Shown here: piece after piece, positions 31,762 through 41,593 of the stretch
Layout of the letters: every line of letters starts with the position of its first letter
Position numbering within the stretch: the first letter of the stretch is position 1
Assembly: GCA_004297735.1 (NCBI GenBank)
Contig: SCTI01000002.1
Span: 350,180-414,179 of the forward strand
Direction: 5' to 3'
DNA: 64,000 bases
Source: Patescibacteria group bacterium
GTDB taxonomy: Bacteria > Patescibacteriota > Saccharimonadia > UBA4664 > SCTI01
Position numbers and translations under genes: made by a program
The notes under the pieces: generated by a model
What the model was told of the DNA's origin: nothing
The model's database searches: none
What the model saw: the letters and a program-made list of their open reading frames with translations, nothing else

Positions 31762-32021
31762 CGCCTCCTAAAGCTGTCGGCTGTGAAAAAGAACCTGATG
31801 AGCTTGCCTTCCGTCACCCAGAACCCTCGGCGCCCGAAGCTTCGAAGAACGAAGTGGAGCGGAACCCAGATCGGCGCCAGTATGATGGCAAGGGCTAGGG
31901 CGAGGATGAACATGAAGGTGCCAACGCACAGCATGACCGCTGCGATCACGGCAGCAAGCATTCTCCGGAAGGGGCTTGTAACCTCAGTCCCCTTGCGCTC
32001 GACGCTCAACTTGGTTTTCAT
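31758..32021 (-). CDS. small membrane protein (87 aa), high-GC islet
   Basis: Two TM helices, GC3-rich codons. Overlapping plus-strand 143-aa ORF judged spurious. Confidence 0.35.
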   Translation of the reverse strand: MKTKLSVERKGTEVTSPFRRMLAAVIAAVMLCVGTFMFILALALAIILAPIWVPLHFVLRSFGRRGFWVTEGKLIRFFFTADSFRRR

Positions 32022-32133
32022 ATTACTCCCAGGTACTCTTCGGTTGAAGAAATGTCGCTAGTCGTCATATGGACAACCCACCTTCAAGTGAAGGAATTTA
32101 GCTTTATAATAACATAAGTTCTCTTAAAATCAA

Positions 32134-32209
32134 TGGTGGGCCCGGCTGGACTTGAACCAGCGACCAATCGGTTATGAGCCGACTGCTCTAACCACTGAGC
32201 TACGGGCCC
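32134..32209 (-). tRNA. tRNA with CAU anticodon, probably tRNA-Ile2 (lysidine)
   Basis: Cloverleaf GGGCCCGTAGCTCAGTGGTTAGAGCAGTCGGCTCATAACCGATTGGTCGCTGGTTCAAGTCCAGCCGGGCCCACCA. From memory it closely resembles enterobacterial ileX. tilS is encoded 750 bp away. Confidence 0.7.
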
Positions 32210-32300
32210 GTGATAATACTCCATGATTGTACCAGGTTGCTAACCGCTTGCAATCACCCGCTACCTGTTAATGCGTCGTCATTTGTATTACGCTTAAGGT

Positions 32301-32684
32301 ATGCAACGCGTTCGAGACCAGCTTCGTAAACTACACGTAGGCACCATTATTGGCGTGATAGTGGCGCTGTATATTGGTGTATATCTGGTTCAAACTATTC
32401 AAAAGAATTATGAGCTGCAAAAGCAAATTGATGGCTTACAGCAGGATGTGGCCGGCCTCGAGGTTGAGCAGGATCAGTTAAAGTATAAGATTCAGTACTA
32501 CCAAACCGAGGCTTTTAAAGAAAAAGAGGCGAGGGAGAAGCTGGGCCTGCAGCAGCCCGGGGAGAGCGTACTGATTCTGCCAAAAGACAATGCTCCAGCC
32601 GAAGATGAACAGCAGCAAAAGCCGGCAGCAACCCAAAAATCAAACCTACAACAATGGATTGATTTCCTGATGGGCCGTTCTTGA
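32301..32684 (+). CDS. septum formation initiator family protein (FtsB/DivIC-like)
   Basis: N-terminal TM then coiled coil (LQKQIDGLQQDVAGLEVEQDQLKYKIQYYQT). Confidence 0.55.
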   Translation: MQRVRDQLRKLHVGTIIGVIVALYIGVYLVQTIQKNYELQKQIDGLQQDVAGLEVEQDQLKYKIQYYQTEAFKEKEAREKLGLQQPGESVLILPKDNAPAEDEQQQKPAATQKSNLQQWIDFLMGRS

Positions 32685-32720
32685 CTGTAGGGGTAAAAGT
32701 TGGTAATATGCTGGGTACGT

Positions 32721-32797
<77 letters not shown>

Positions 32798-32866
32798 AGA
32801 AATTATGGACGGACTCGATCAGCGATTGCTGGTCGTTTTGTTTGTCGGTACAATTGTTTGGTACAT

Positions 32867-32941
<75 letters not shown>

Positions 32942-32966
32942 GGAATTATTTTGTTATAGTGTCAGC

Positions 32967-33890
32967 ATGAGTTTAACCGAGAAAATTATCTGGCCAGAGC
33001 CGGGGCATTACCTTGTGGCGGTGTCCGGAGGCGTTGATTCAATCAGTCTTTTGTATGCTCTAGCAAAGAAAGGCGACTATAAACTCGATGTGGCATTTAT
33101 TGATCACGGTTGGCGCGAGGTTGAGGGGGAACGCGAGCTGGTTCATGAACTGGCGGGTGCGCTCGGAGTGGAGGTTCATGAGCGGAGCTTAGACCTCAAA
33201 GGCGATGGAGAAGAGGAGGCCAGAGTAGCTCGCTATGGTGCGCTCAAGGAGATTCGAACCCAGGTTGGCGCCCGAGCGTCTGTTACGGCGCACCATCTAG
33301 ACGATCGGATCGAGACGGTGCTAATGCAGGTAATGCGAGGATCTGGTCGGCAGGGGCTTAGCGTACTACGTTCGACCGATGAAATTATCCGCCCGTTATT
33401 GGGTGTTAAAAAGCCAGAGATCGTAGAGTATGCTCAGAAACACGATTTAAAGTGGGTTGAGGATCCAACAAATAAAGATCTTAAGTATCGCCGGAACTAT
33501 GTTCGGCATGAGCTGATTCCGCAGTTGCAGCAGGAGGATCCGGATTTTGAAGATTGGATCATGAGCTTGATCCAGGAGGCGGAAGGCTTGAATCATGAGG
33601 TCGATCTTGGTTTGGCCAAGTTGATTCATGAGCTGACGCTGTCTTCTGGTGATGGGGCTCATGAACTCAGCCGTGAAGCCTTGCGCCGTTTGCCGGTCGA
33701 GGTGTTGCAGGAAGTTTTGGTTTCGGTGTTACGCAAACTCGATCCTTTGGTGCAGCTTGATCGGCGTACGGTTGAGTCGTTAACGATTGACATCAAAACC
33801 GGGCACATTTATCGACCGCGACAGCTGACAAAGCAGTTGTTTGTGGATGCTCAGCGTGATAAAGTAACAGTTGCATTTAAGGCTCACTAA
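32967..33890 (+). CDS. tilS: tRNA(Ile)-lysidine synthetase TilS (short form)
   Basis: PP-loop VAVSGGVDS and the expected downstream layout. Confidence 0.85.
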   Translation: MSLTEKIIWPEPGHYLVAVSGGVDSISLLYALAKKGDYKLDVAFIDHGWREVEGERELVHELAGALGVEVHERSLDLKGDGEEEARVARYGALKEIRTQVGARASVTAHHLDDRIETVLMQVMRGSGRQGLSVLRSTDEIIRPLLGVKKPEIVEYAQKHDLKWVEDPTNKDLKYRRNYVRHELIPQLQQEDPDFEDWIMSLIQEAEGLNHEVDLGLAKLIHELTLSSGDGAHELSREALRRLPVEVLQEVLVSVLRKLDPLVQLDRRTVESLTIDIKTGHIYRPRQLTKQLFVDAQRDKVTVAFKAH

Positions 33891-33955
33891 AGCTGTAAAC
33901 GGTTATGGTAAGAGCGGCTGGTGATCTAGGTGCGCAACTGCAGAAAAGAGGATGA

Positions 33956-35887
33956 ATGAAACCACGATCACGAAGCTTTATTATACTCATAGCCATTGTT
34001 ACTCTACTGTCAATCGTGGCGGTAATGTCGGCACCACAGCAAAAGGCTGAACAGGTAAGTCTTTCTAAGATTATTGACGAGGCTCAAAACGGCAAGATCG
34101 ACAAGATAGTGGTGGACGGCGACAAGCTGACCGCTACCGTTAAAAATGATGCTAACGCGCCTAAGCAGGTGGCCAACAAAGAGTCGGGGGCAACTTTGGC
34201 TGATTATGGCATCGATTATCGCAAGGTGACGGTTGAAACCAAGAGCGATAGCAGCACCACGCAGTACATTGTGGCCGGTATTTTTAGCATTTTGCCATTC
34301 TTGCTGATTGGAGCATTTTTGTTCTTTATGATGCGTCAGGCACAGGGTTCAAGCAACCAGGCGCTTAGCTTTGGCAAGAGTCGAGCCCGCCTGTTTGGTG
34401 GCGATAAAAAGAAGGTGTTATTTAAGGATGTGGCTGGCGCCGAAGAGGCCAAGCAAGAGCTGACCGAGGTGGTAGAGTTCTTAAAGTATCCAACCAAGTT
34501 TGAGGCGCTCGGGGCCAAGATTCCAAAGGGCGTACTGTTGTTTGGCCCTCCTGGAACCGGTAAGACCTTGCTGGCTCGAGCGGTAGCCGGAGAGGCTGGC
34601 GTACCATTCTTTAGTATTTCGGGTTCGGATTTTGTGGAGATGTTTGTCGGTGTTGGTGCATCGCGAGTGCGCGATCTTTTTGCCAAGGCCAAAAAGAATG
34701 CCCCGTGCATCATCTTTATTGATGAGATTGATGCGGTGGGCCGCCAGCGTGGAACCGGTATGGGTGGTGGTCACGACGAGCGCGAGCAGACGCTCAACCA
34801 GATTTTGGTAGAGATGGACGGTTTTGAGCAGGGCGCTAACGTAATCGTGATTGCTGCCACCAACCGACCGGATGTACTGGATCCGGCCTTGCTCCGCCCG
34901 GGCCGTTTTGATCGCCGTGTAACCCTGGAATCGCCAGATGTTCATAACCGCAAGGCAATCCTTGAGGTGCATTCTGGCAACAAGCCGTTTGAGAGCAAGG
35001 TTGATTTGGGTAAGATCGCTAAAAAGACCCCCGGGTTTAGCGGTGCCGACCTGGCTAACTTGGTGAACGAGGCGGCAATTCTAGCGGCTCGCAACAATCG
35101 CAAAAAGATTTCGCAGCGCGATTTGGATATTTCGGTCGAAAAGGTGCTACTTGGGCCTGAGCGCAAGAGCCACATCATGAACGCTCGCGAAAAAGAGATT
35201 ACCGCTTATCATGAGGCCGGTCACGCCATCGTTGGTCACTACATGACTCACGCTCACCCGGTTCATAAAATCACGGTGGTACCGCGCGGTTCGGCTGGAG
35301 GATTTACTTGGAGCTTGCCGGTAGAGGATCGCCATCTTTCGAGCGTGCAGGACTTTAAGGACGACTTAGCCATGATGCTGGGTGGTCGCTTAGCTGAGCA
35401 GCTGGTGTACGGCGAGATCACCACTGGTGCTCAAAATGACCTACAGAACGCTAACAATCTGGCTCGCCGGATGGTGATGGACTTTGGTATGAGCGATAAG
35501 CTGCCTAACCAGGTGTTTGGCAGCCAGCGCGACGCCATCTTTTTGGGCCGTGAGCTAGGCGAGGGCAAGAACTACTCTAACGATATTGCCAAGGTGATTG
35601 ATGATGAGGTGGCGGTACTGATTAGCGAGGCGGCTCAGCGGGCCGAGGATACAATCAAGAAATACCGCAAACAGTTAAACGCGGTGGCTGAGTTCTTGGT
35701 TAAAGAAGAGACCATGGAGGAGGACGACTTCTTGAAGGTTGTTGGCGGTCCCAACAAAAAGAAGAAGTATACCACCCCAATTGATATTGGTGGCGACACC
35801 GGCACCACCCCTCCACCGGCCGCAACTGCCGATAGTGGTGACACCAAAACACCAGAAAAGGCTCCCGACACCGCACCAGCCACCTAG
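33956..35887 (+). CDS. ftsH: ATP-dependent zinc metalloprotease FtsH
   Basis: Walker A GPPGTGKT, second region of homology, HEAGHA zinc motif. Confidence 0.95.
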   Translation: MKPRSRSFIILIAIVTLLSIVAVMSAPQQKAEQVSLSKIIDEAQNGKIDKIVVDGDKLTATVKNDANAPKQVANKESGATLADYGIDYRKVTVETKSDSSTTQYIVAGIFSILPFLLIGAFLFFMMRQAQGSSNQALSFGKSRARLFGGDKKKVLFKDVAGAEEAKQELTEVVEFLKYPTKFEALGAKIPKGVLLFGPPGTGKTLLARAVAGEAGVPFFSISGSDFVEMFVGVGASRVRDLFAKAKKNAPCIIFIDEIDAVGRQRGTGMGGGHDEREQTLNQILVEMDGFEQGANVIVIAATNRPDVLDPALLRPGRFDRRVTLESPDVHNRKAILEVHSGNKPFESKVDLGKIAKKTPGFSGADLANLVNEAAILAARNNRKKISQRDLDISVEKVLLGPERKSHIMNAREKEITAYHEAGHAIVGHYMTHAHPVHKITVVPRGSAGGFTWSLPVEDRHLSSVQDFKDDLAMMLGGRLAEQLVYGEITTGAQNDLQNANNLARRMVMDFGMSDKLPNQVFGSQRDAIFLGRELGEGKNYSNDIAKVIDDEVAVLISEAAQRAEDTIKKYRKQLNAVAEFLVKEETMEEDDFLKVVGGPNKKKKYTTPIDIGGDTGTTPPPAATADSGDTKTPEKAPDTAPAT

Positions 35888-35930
35888 GCCGGTGCTGTTT
35901 CGGTTATAGCATAAGCGGTATAATACAAAC

Positions 35931-37505
35931 GTGAGACGTTTCCTGTCATTTCTTAATCGCGGCTCATCGGTGTCGGGCGCGGCCGTAATCATATCTGGCT
36001 CCTACCTTTTGAGCCGGCTACTAGGTTTATTGCGCGATCGCTTACTGGTCTCGCATTTTGGTATTGGGCCAGAAACCGATGCCTACACCGCGGCCTTTCG
36101 CCTGCCTGAACTGCTGTTCACTCTGTTGGTTTCCGGGGCGTTTGCGGTAGCCTTTATCCCGGTATTTACCGAGTTCTATCAAAACAACAAAGCCAAAGCC
36201 TGGGAGCTAGCTTCGACCCTGCTCAACCTGCTAACGGCGGTGACTTTGGTGGTGGCGGTAATCACCTTTGTTTTTGCCGACCCGATTACCAGCCTGATTG
36301 CGCCGGGGTTTGATCCGGCTCGCCATGCGCTAACGGTTGATCTGACGCGCATCATGTTGATCACACCGTTCTTGTTTGCGATCTCAAGTTTATGGGGCAG
36401 CATTGCTCAGTCGTTCCATCGCTTTACCATTTTTGCGCTAGCCAGCGTGTTTTATAACCTGGGTATTATTTTTGGTATTGTCTTTTTGTCGCCGGAAAAC
36501 TCAATCTACGGAGTGGCCTACGGCGTGGTTATTGGTGCGGCTCTACAAGCCGCTTTACAGGTACTGGGGCTATGGGGCTTGGGCTATCGTCACAAGCTGT
36601 CGTTTAAGTTTTGGAGCCGCGACGTACGTAAGGTGGTTGTATTGATGATACCGCGATCAATCGACCAGGGCATTGATCAGCTCAGCTACATGATTGAAAC
36701 AATTATTGGTTCACGTCTGGCTACCGGTAGTCTGACCTCGCTGTATTATGCCAACAACCTTAAAAACGTCCCGTTAGTGCTGATTGGTAATTCAATTGCG
36801 ACGGCGGCATTCCCAACGATGGCGGCGCGGGCGGCTAAGGGGGCGATTCAGCGATTGATCCGTGAGTTCGCGCTATACACGAGGTTAATCTTATTTTTGG
36901 TGATTCCGGCCGCCATCATCACCGTACTAATGCGCGGCTACATTGTGCGCTTGCTGTACGGTTTTGGCGACGTGGTAACCGCCAACACCCTGGGCTGGTT
37001 TGCCGGTGTGATTGTGTTTCAGGCCCTGTTCTTCTTGGTGGTACGAATGTTTTATGCCATGCAAGACACCAAAACGCCGCTGTATGCTAGTCTGGTGGCC
37101 CTCAACTTTACAGTGTTATTAAGCTTTTTGCTATCCGAAATGTACGGAGTGGTTGGTCTGGCTATGGCGCAGTCAATCGTGGCCGCTGGTGAGACGCTGG
37201 TGTTAATTTACTTGCTCCGGCGTCGTTTAGGTCATCTCGGCCTTAGTACTATTTGGTCGGGGCTGTCGCGGATGCTGATTGCCGGGGCGATCATGTCGGG
37301 GGTGGTTTACATTATGGTGGCTCGAGTGTTCCCGCTGTACAAAGCCGATGTTGGCTTTGCGGTGGTTGGGCCTAAGTTTTTGATTATTTTAGCGGTTGGT
37401 AGCCTGGCCTACCTCATCCCTTGCTATTTACTTGATTTGAATGAAGCACACAAGTTTGCCTCCAAGCTCAAAGAGCAGTTGTTGCGCCCGCTGAACTTGA
37501 CCTAA
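35931..37505 (+). CDS. murJ: lipid II flippase MurJ (MviN)
   Basis: 14-TM protein; N-terminal LSR..GLLRD..LA..FG and overall MurJ pattern. Confidence 0.85.
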   Translation: MRRFLSFLNRGSSVSGAAVIISGSYLLSRLLGLLRDRLLVSHFGIGPETDAYTAAFRLPELLFTLLVSGAFAVAFIPVFTEFYQNNKAKAWELASTLLNLLTAVTLVVAVITFVFADPITSLIAPGFDPARHALTVDLTRIMLITPFLFAISSLWGSIAQSFHRFTIFALASVFYNLGIIFGIVFLSPENSIYGVAYGVVIGAALQAALQVLGLWGLGYRHKLSFKFWSRDVRKVVVLMIPRSIDQGIDQLSYMIETIIGSRLATGSLTSLYYANNLKNVPLVLIGNSIATAAFPTMAARAAKGAIQRLIREFALYTRLILFLVIPAAIITVLMRGYIVRLLYGFGDVVTANTLGWFAGVIVFQALFFLVVRMFYAMQDTKTPLYASLVALNFTVLLSFLLSEMYGVVGLAMAQSIVAAGETLVLIYLLRRRLGHLGLSTIWSGLSRMLIAGAIMSGVVYIMVARVFPLYKADVGFAVVGPKFLIILAVGSLAYLIPCYLLDLNEAHKFASKLKEQLLRPLNLT

Positions 37506-37617
37506 ATAACAGGAGTTTGCATAATACAAGCCACCGTTTAATACAGGTCAGCTTGCTGCGTTGATCTACGCGTAGACACCAAGTCAGCCTGGCGGTGCAC
37601 CAAGAAAGGTCAGTCGC

Positions 37618-38421
37618 ATGTCGACAAGCCTGTATGATATCACCATTGGTCAGCAGACCGAGCTTACCCGCATTTTAGCGGGTGCCGGGCTCGATGCTGA
37701 CATGGTTAAGCGGATTATCCGCAACCCTGATCTCGCTAAGAAGATGATCGGCGAGATCCGACAGACGATTCCGACAAACACCGACCTTTTCGCTTCGGCC
37801 GAGGACATCCTCACTAGGTTTCGCGAGCGGGCAGAGTTGCGGGGGTGGCCAATCACCGCCAAGCCAGGCGGACACCTAGCGCGCAACATGCCGAGGTTCC
37901 CGACCGACAGCCTCGCCGCGCTCTGTCTCAAGATCTGGCTCGGTTCGGCCGAGAAGACCGCCGAGGAGCTGTGGGCGTGGGTCGTCGATTCGCACCCCAA
38001 CTCGTGGCAGTATGGGGGTCTGAAGTTTGACCCCGAGTACTTCGAGCTCCTCGATCCCTCCCGCTACGGCGACGAGCCCAGTGTGGAGTGGGAGGTCATC
38101 GACCTCGGCGCTTACTGGGAGCCGGAGAGTGGCCGGACGGTCCTTGAGGTCCGTGAGCAGGCCGCTGCAAGGAGCGACGTTCTGGCCGATTTTGAAGTCC
38201 TGACGGTCGCGGCCCTACACCCGAACTATATCCAGGCCCAAGACGGGGAGAGCGTCCCTTACCTGGATGTGGCAGGTGTCAAAACCACGCTTCCCGGGGG
38301 TGAGCCCTGCGCACCGTACATCAGCTGGAACCAGTATCGCCGCGGGGTTGGGTTGCTCATGTCCACGGTGGACTACCGCAACGATGAGTGGGCCGCTCCA
38401 GTCATCCTGCAGGGGTCGTAA
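37618..38421 (+). CDS. hypothetical protein, high-GC / GC3-rich codon usage (probable horizontally acquired gene)
   Basis: 267-aa ORF with markedly higher GC than its flanks (ctc/gac/gag/gcc codons). No motif. Confidence 0.5.
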   Translation: MSTSLYDITIGQQTELTRILAGAGLDADMVKRIIRNPDLAKKMIGEIRQTIPTNTDLFASAEDILTRFRERAELRGWPITAKPGGHLARNMPRFPTDSLAALCLKIWLGSAEKTAEELWAWVVDSHPNSWQYGGLKFDPEYFELLDPSRYGDEPSVEWEVIDLGAYWEPESGRTVLEVREQAAARSDVLADFEVLTVAALHPNYIQAQDGESVPYLDVAGVKTTLPGGEPCAPYISWNQYRRGVGLLMSTVDYRNDEWAAPVILQGS

Positions 38422-38498
38422 CTCACATAACTTTTCGCGGCGGGGGCGAATTTGGGATAGATGTCCTGAGTTCGCCCCCCATTTTCGTTCTTATGAGG

Positions 38499-38504
38499 TA
38501 TAAT
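38499..38504 (+). promoter_or_regulatory. candidate -10 box (tataat) for lepA
   Basis: Perfect tataat 10 nt upstream of the lepA ATG region; -35 not obvious. Confidence 0.3.
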
Positions 38505-38513
38505 GCAACAGAT

Positions 38514-40298
38514 ATGAACCAGTCCACCATTCGAAATTTTTGTATTATTGCGCATATTGATCACGGCAAGTCGACGCTGGCTGACCGCATGCTCGAGCTC
38601 ACCGGTACCGTAACCAAGCGTGACATGCAGGCGCAGCTGCTCGACACTATGGAGTTGGAGCGGGAGAAGGGTATTACGATTAAGCTGCAGCCGGTACAGA
38701 TGAGCTGGAAGGAGCATCAGCTCAACCTGATCGATACGCCAGGGCACGTTGACTTTAGTTATGAGGTATCACGGAGTTTGGCGGCCTGCGAGGGTGCGAT
38801 TTTAGTGGTGGATGCTTCGCAGGGAATCCAGGCGCAAACGCTTGCTAATGTGTACTTAGCGATTGAGGCTGGGCTAGAGATTATACCAGTATTAAATAAG
38901 ATTGATCTGCCGGCGGCCGACCCGGAGCGGGTATCGGGCGAGGTGGCCAAACTGCTGGGTTGCAAGCCGGAGGACGTTTTGCGGGTGTCGGCCAAAGAGG
39001 GTCACGGTGTACCCGAGCTGCTGGACGAGGTGGTAGCCAAGGTCCCCGCGCCTAAAGGCGACCCAGACGCGCCATTGCGCGGTTTGGTGTTTGATTCGAT
39101 CTACGACGAGTATCGTGGAGTGTTGCTGTATTTGCGCATCGTTGATGGCAAACTGGGCAAGGGTGATGTGGTTCAGCTAATGGCGAGCAAGCAAACCGGT
39201 AACATTATTGAAAGCGGGGTGTTTAAGCCCAAGCAGGTAGCCGCCCCGCACTTAGCTACCGGTCAAATTGGTTACGTGGTGACCAACCTCAAGTCGATTG
39301 AGGAGGCGCGGGTGGGTGACACTGTAACGCTCGCCAAGGAGTCCGCCAGCGAACCATTGCCAGGCTACCGGGCGGTGCAGCCGTTTGTGTTCGCCGGCTT
39401 CTTTACTAGCAGTGCCGAGCAGTATCCCGACCTCAAAGACGCCCTCGATAAGCTCAAGATGAATGATGCGGCGTTGGTGTTTGAGCCCGAAAGTTCTCAG
39501 GTTCTAGGCTTTGGCTATCGCGTTGGATTCCTGGGATTGCTCCATATGGAAATCATTAAAGAGCGCCTTGAGCGTGAGTATGGCCTGGACATGGTTGTTA
39601 CCAGTCCTTCAACCGACTACGTCGTGAGGACCACCGATGGCCAGAAGTTCAGCGTGCGTTCGGCCAGTGAACTACCCGAAACCAGCCGGATCGAAAGCAT
39701 CAGCGAGCCCTGGATTAAGGGCGAGGTGGTGGTGCCAGGCGATTACGTTGGCGCGGTGATCCAGCTCATCAACAAGATCCGCGGTCTGCAGAATAATATG
39801 AGCTATCTGGACGACTCGTTGGCGCTCATTACCTTTGAGGCGCCGCTGGCCAACGTTCTAACCAATTTTTACGATTCGCTTAAGTCGATCACCAGTGGCT
39901 ACGGTTCCTTTAACTATGAGCTGGGTGACTATAAGGAAGAAAAGCTGGTTCGCCTTGATATTCTGGTCGGTGGCGAGGTGGTTGATAGCCTCAGCTCAAT
40001 TGTCCACCAGGATGAGGCCTACGCTCGTGGTAAGTCGGTGGTCGAAAAGCTTAAAGATGTTATTCCGCGCCAGCTGTTTGAGGTGAGTTTGCAGGCGGCC
40101 ATTGGCGGCAAGATCATTGCTCGCGAAAATGTTCGTTCAATGGGCAAGAATGTGACGGCTAAGCTGTACGGCGGCGACGTTACCCGTAAGCGCAAACTGA
40201 TTGAAAAGCAAAAAGCTGGCAAAAAACGGATGAAGAAGATCGGTAAAGTCGATATTCCACCCGAAGCCTTTATGGTATTGGTTAAGCAGGATAGCTAG
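38514..40298 (+). CDS. lepA: elongation factor 4 (LepA)
   Basis: MNQSTIRNFCIIAHIDHGKSTLADR G1 motif. The ORF-track start at 38388 is an upstream in-frame extension; ATG at 38514 fits LepA N-termini. Confidence 0.9.
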   Translation: MNQSTIRNFCIIAHIDHGKSTLADRMLELTGTVTKRDMQAQLLDTMELEREKGITIKLQPVQMSWKEHQLNLIDTPGHVDFSYEVSRSLAACEGAILVVDASQGIQAQTLANVYLAIEAGLEIIPVLNKIDLPAADPERVSGEVAKLLGCKPEDVLRVSAKEGHGVPELLDEVVAKVPAPKGDPDAPLRGLVFDSIYDEYRGVLLYLRIVDGKLGKGDVVQLMASKQTGNIIESGVFKPKQVAAPHLATGQIGYVVTNLKSIEEARVGDTVTLAKESASEPLPGYRAVQPFVFAGFFTSSAEQYPDLKDALDKLKMNDAALVFEPESSQVLGFGYRVGFLGLLHMEIIKERLEREYGLDMVVTSPSTDYVVRTTDGQKFSVRSASELPETSRIESISEPWIKGEVVVPGDYVGAVIQLINKIRGLQNNMSYLDDSLALITFEAPLANVLTNFYDSLKSITSGYGSFNYELGDYKEEKLVRLDILVGGEVVDSLSSIVHQDEAYARGKSVVEKLKDVIPRQLFEVSLQAAIGGKIIARENVRSMGKNVTAKLYGGDVTRKRKLIEKQKAGKKRMKKIGKVDIPPEAFMVLVKQDS

Positions 40299-40302
40299 GC
40301 TA

Positions 40303-40803
40303 TCACACCTGTAGCACAACGCCAACGAGCAGTCCGAGCATGGTGGCAAGACCACCCATAATTAACACTTCAAGAGCGCTACGGTTGGGTGGGCGGTGGA
40401 CGATTTTACCCTTAATGTAGCCAACAATATAGAGGGCAATTAGAGCGGAGCTAACTCCGACTACGAGAGAGGTTGGGTAGGATAAAACGGCCATTGGCAG
40501 AACCGGAATTACGCCGGCAGCGGCGTAGGCCAGGAACATAACCAGTCCGGTCCCGGCCGGGCTGGTTCGGTCTCCGTCCATTTCGTCAACCGCCTTTTGG
40601 CTGAGGTACTGGCCGACTCCCATACTAAGCGCCTCAACTGAAACGCCAACCAACCCTGCTAGTAAAACGACTTGTGGATCTTGACTACCGGCGGCAATAC
40701 CGGCAACTAGACCGGTGGTTGAAACCAAGCTGTCTTCAATGCCGAAGAAAGCGCTACGAAGGTAGTCGCTGGCACCTTGATTATGGCGGGCAATTTTAAA
40801 CAT
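40303..40803 (-). CDS. VIT1/CCC1-family (DUF125) membrane protein
   Basis: Characteristic glycine-rich TM pattern (GLVAGIAAGS...VGVSVEALSMGVGQY). Confidence 0.65.
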   Translation of the reverse strand: MFKIARHNQGASDYLRSAFFGIEDSLVSTTGLVAGIAAGSQDPQVVLLAGLVGVSVEALSMGVGQYLSQKAVDEMDGDRTSPAGTGLVMFLAYAAAGVIPVLPMAVLSYPTSLVVGVSSALIALYIVGYIKGKIVHRPPNRSALEVLIMGGLATMLGLLVGVVLQV

Positions 40804-41254
40804 GTTGTATCTCCTGTATGTCTTTCAATATTTTTATGGCTTGGTCTTGGGGTTTTACGTCATGGTATTCTTTTACGATAATACCCTCTGGGTCAACTAT
40901 GTAAGTATTTCGGTGAATACCTAAGAATTCCCGCCCCATAAATTTTTTTGGGCCCCAAGCTCCAAAAGCTTGAATCACCTTTTTGTCCGGATCACTCAGA
41001 AGAGTAAATTTTAGGTTGTGGTTTTCGGCAAATTTTTTGTGCTTGGCAACCGTATCCGCCGAAATGCCCAGAACAGTGACATTGTGGCGTTCAAGCTCTT
41101 CTCGCCCATCACGAAAACTACACGCTTGCTTTGTGCATCCAGGGGTGTCGTCCTTGGGGTAAAAATAAACAACCACCCATTTGCCGCGGTAGTCGTGAAG
41201 ACTATGATCTGCACCGTTTTGGTCTGGAAGGGTAAAGTCGGGAGCCGGTCTCAT
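40796..41254 (-). CDS. bcp: thiol peroxidase, Bcp-type peroxiredoxin
   Basis: APDFTLPDQNG...VVYFYPKDDTPGCTKQAC. Confidence 0.85.
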   Translation of the reverse strand: MRPAPDFTLPDQNGADHSLHDYRGKWVVVYFYPKDDTPGCTKQACSFRDGREELERHNVTVLGISADTVAKHKKFAENHNLKFTLLSDPDKKVIQAFGAWGPKKFMGREFLGIHRNTYIVDPEGIIVKEYHDVKPQDQAIKILKDIQEIQHV

Positions 41255-41274
41255 GTAGTAATTATACCTTAGAA

Positions 41275-41344
41275 TGGTGGAGCAGTGGGGATTTGAACCC
41301 CAGGTAGGTAAGGTCTGAATTTACCACCAGACCAACTCTGCCCC
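41275..41344 (-). other. tRNA-like element (acceptor stem, T-arm, CCA) without a canonical D/anticodon arm; possible pseudo-tRNA or tRNA-like fragment
   Basis: Minus strand GGGGCAGAG...CCTGGGGTTCAAATCCCCACTGCTCCACCA: 7-bp acceptor pairing and a perfect T-arm, but only 67 nt before CCA and no cloverleaf fold. Confidence 0.3.
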
Positions 41345-41519
41345 GCTTGCGGCTGCGCCACCGTTTAAAACGATATCGAACTTACATTAAATAAATCTTA
41401 AGGATTGGACCTTATTGAGGGTTTTAGTTATAGTGGGGTCTAGGTAAGGTCTGAATCACTACCAGCCAAATAGCGCTCCGGCGCTATTTCTGCTTTTATA
41501 CTAACCAGCCATAATTCAA

Positions 41520-41546
41520 TTAGCACTCTTGACATGAGACTGCTAA
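41520..41546 (+). promoter_or_regulatory. CIRCE operator 1 (TTAGCACTC-N9-GACTGCTAA), overlapping the -35 of the hrcA promoter
   Basis: Left half 9/9, right half 8/9 versus TTAGCACTC-N9-GAGTGCTAA. Confidence 0.7.
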
Positions 41547-41558
41547 ATTACCTACTAT
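41529..41558 (+). promoter_or_regulatory. sigma70-type promoter of the hrcA-grpE-dnaK-dnaJ operon
   Basis: ttgaca -35, 18-nt spacer, tactat -10. Confidence 0.55.
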
Positions 41559-41566
41559 ATAAGGTA

Positions 41567-41593
41567 TCAGCACTGTATTAAACTGAGTGCTAA
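41567..41593 (+). promoter_or_regulatory. CIRCE operator 2 (TCAGCACTG-N9-GAGTGCTAA) in the 5' UTR
   Basis: Right half perfect, left half 7/9. Confidence 0.6.

Noticed and set aside
31630-32061. 143-aa plus-strand ORF across the high-GC islet
   Set aside because: Arg/Ala-rich, low-complexity translation typical of an antisense frame in GC-rich DNA. The minus-strand pair has RBSs, TM helices and ATGA coupling.
38388-38513. Upstream extension of lepA (ORF-track start at 38388)
   Set aside because: The extension has no similarity to LepA N-termini, and a tataat -10 lies inside it. The ATG at 38514 gives the canonical N-terminus.
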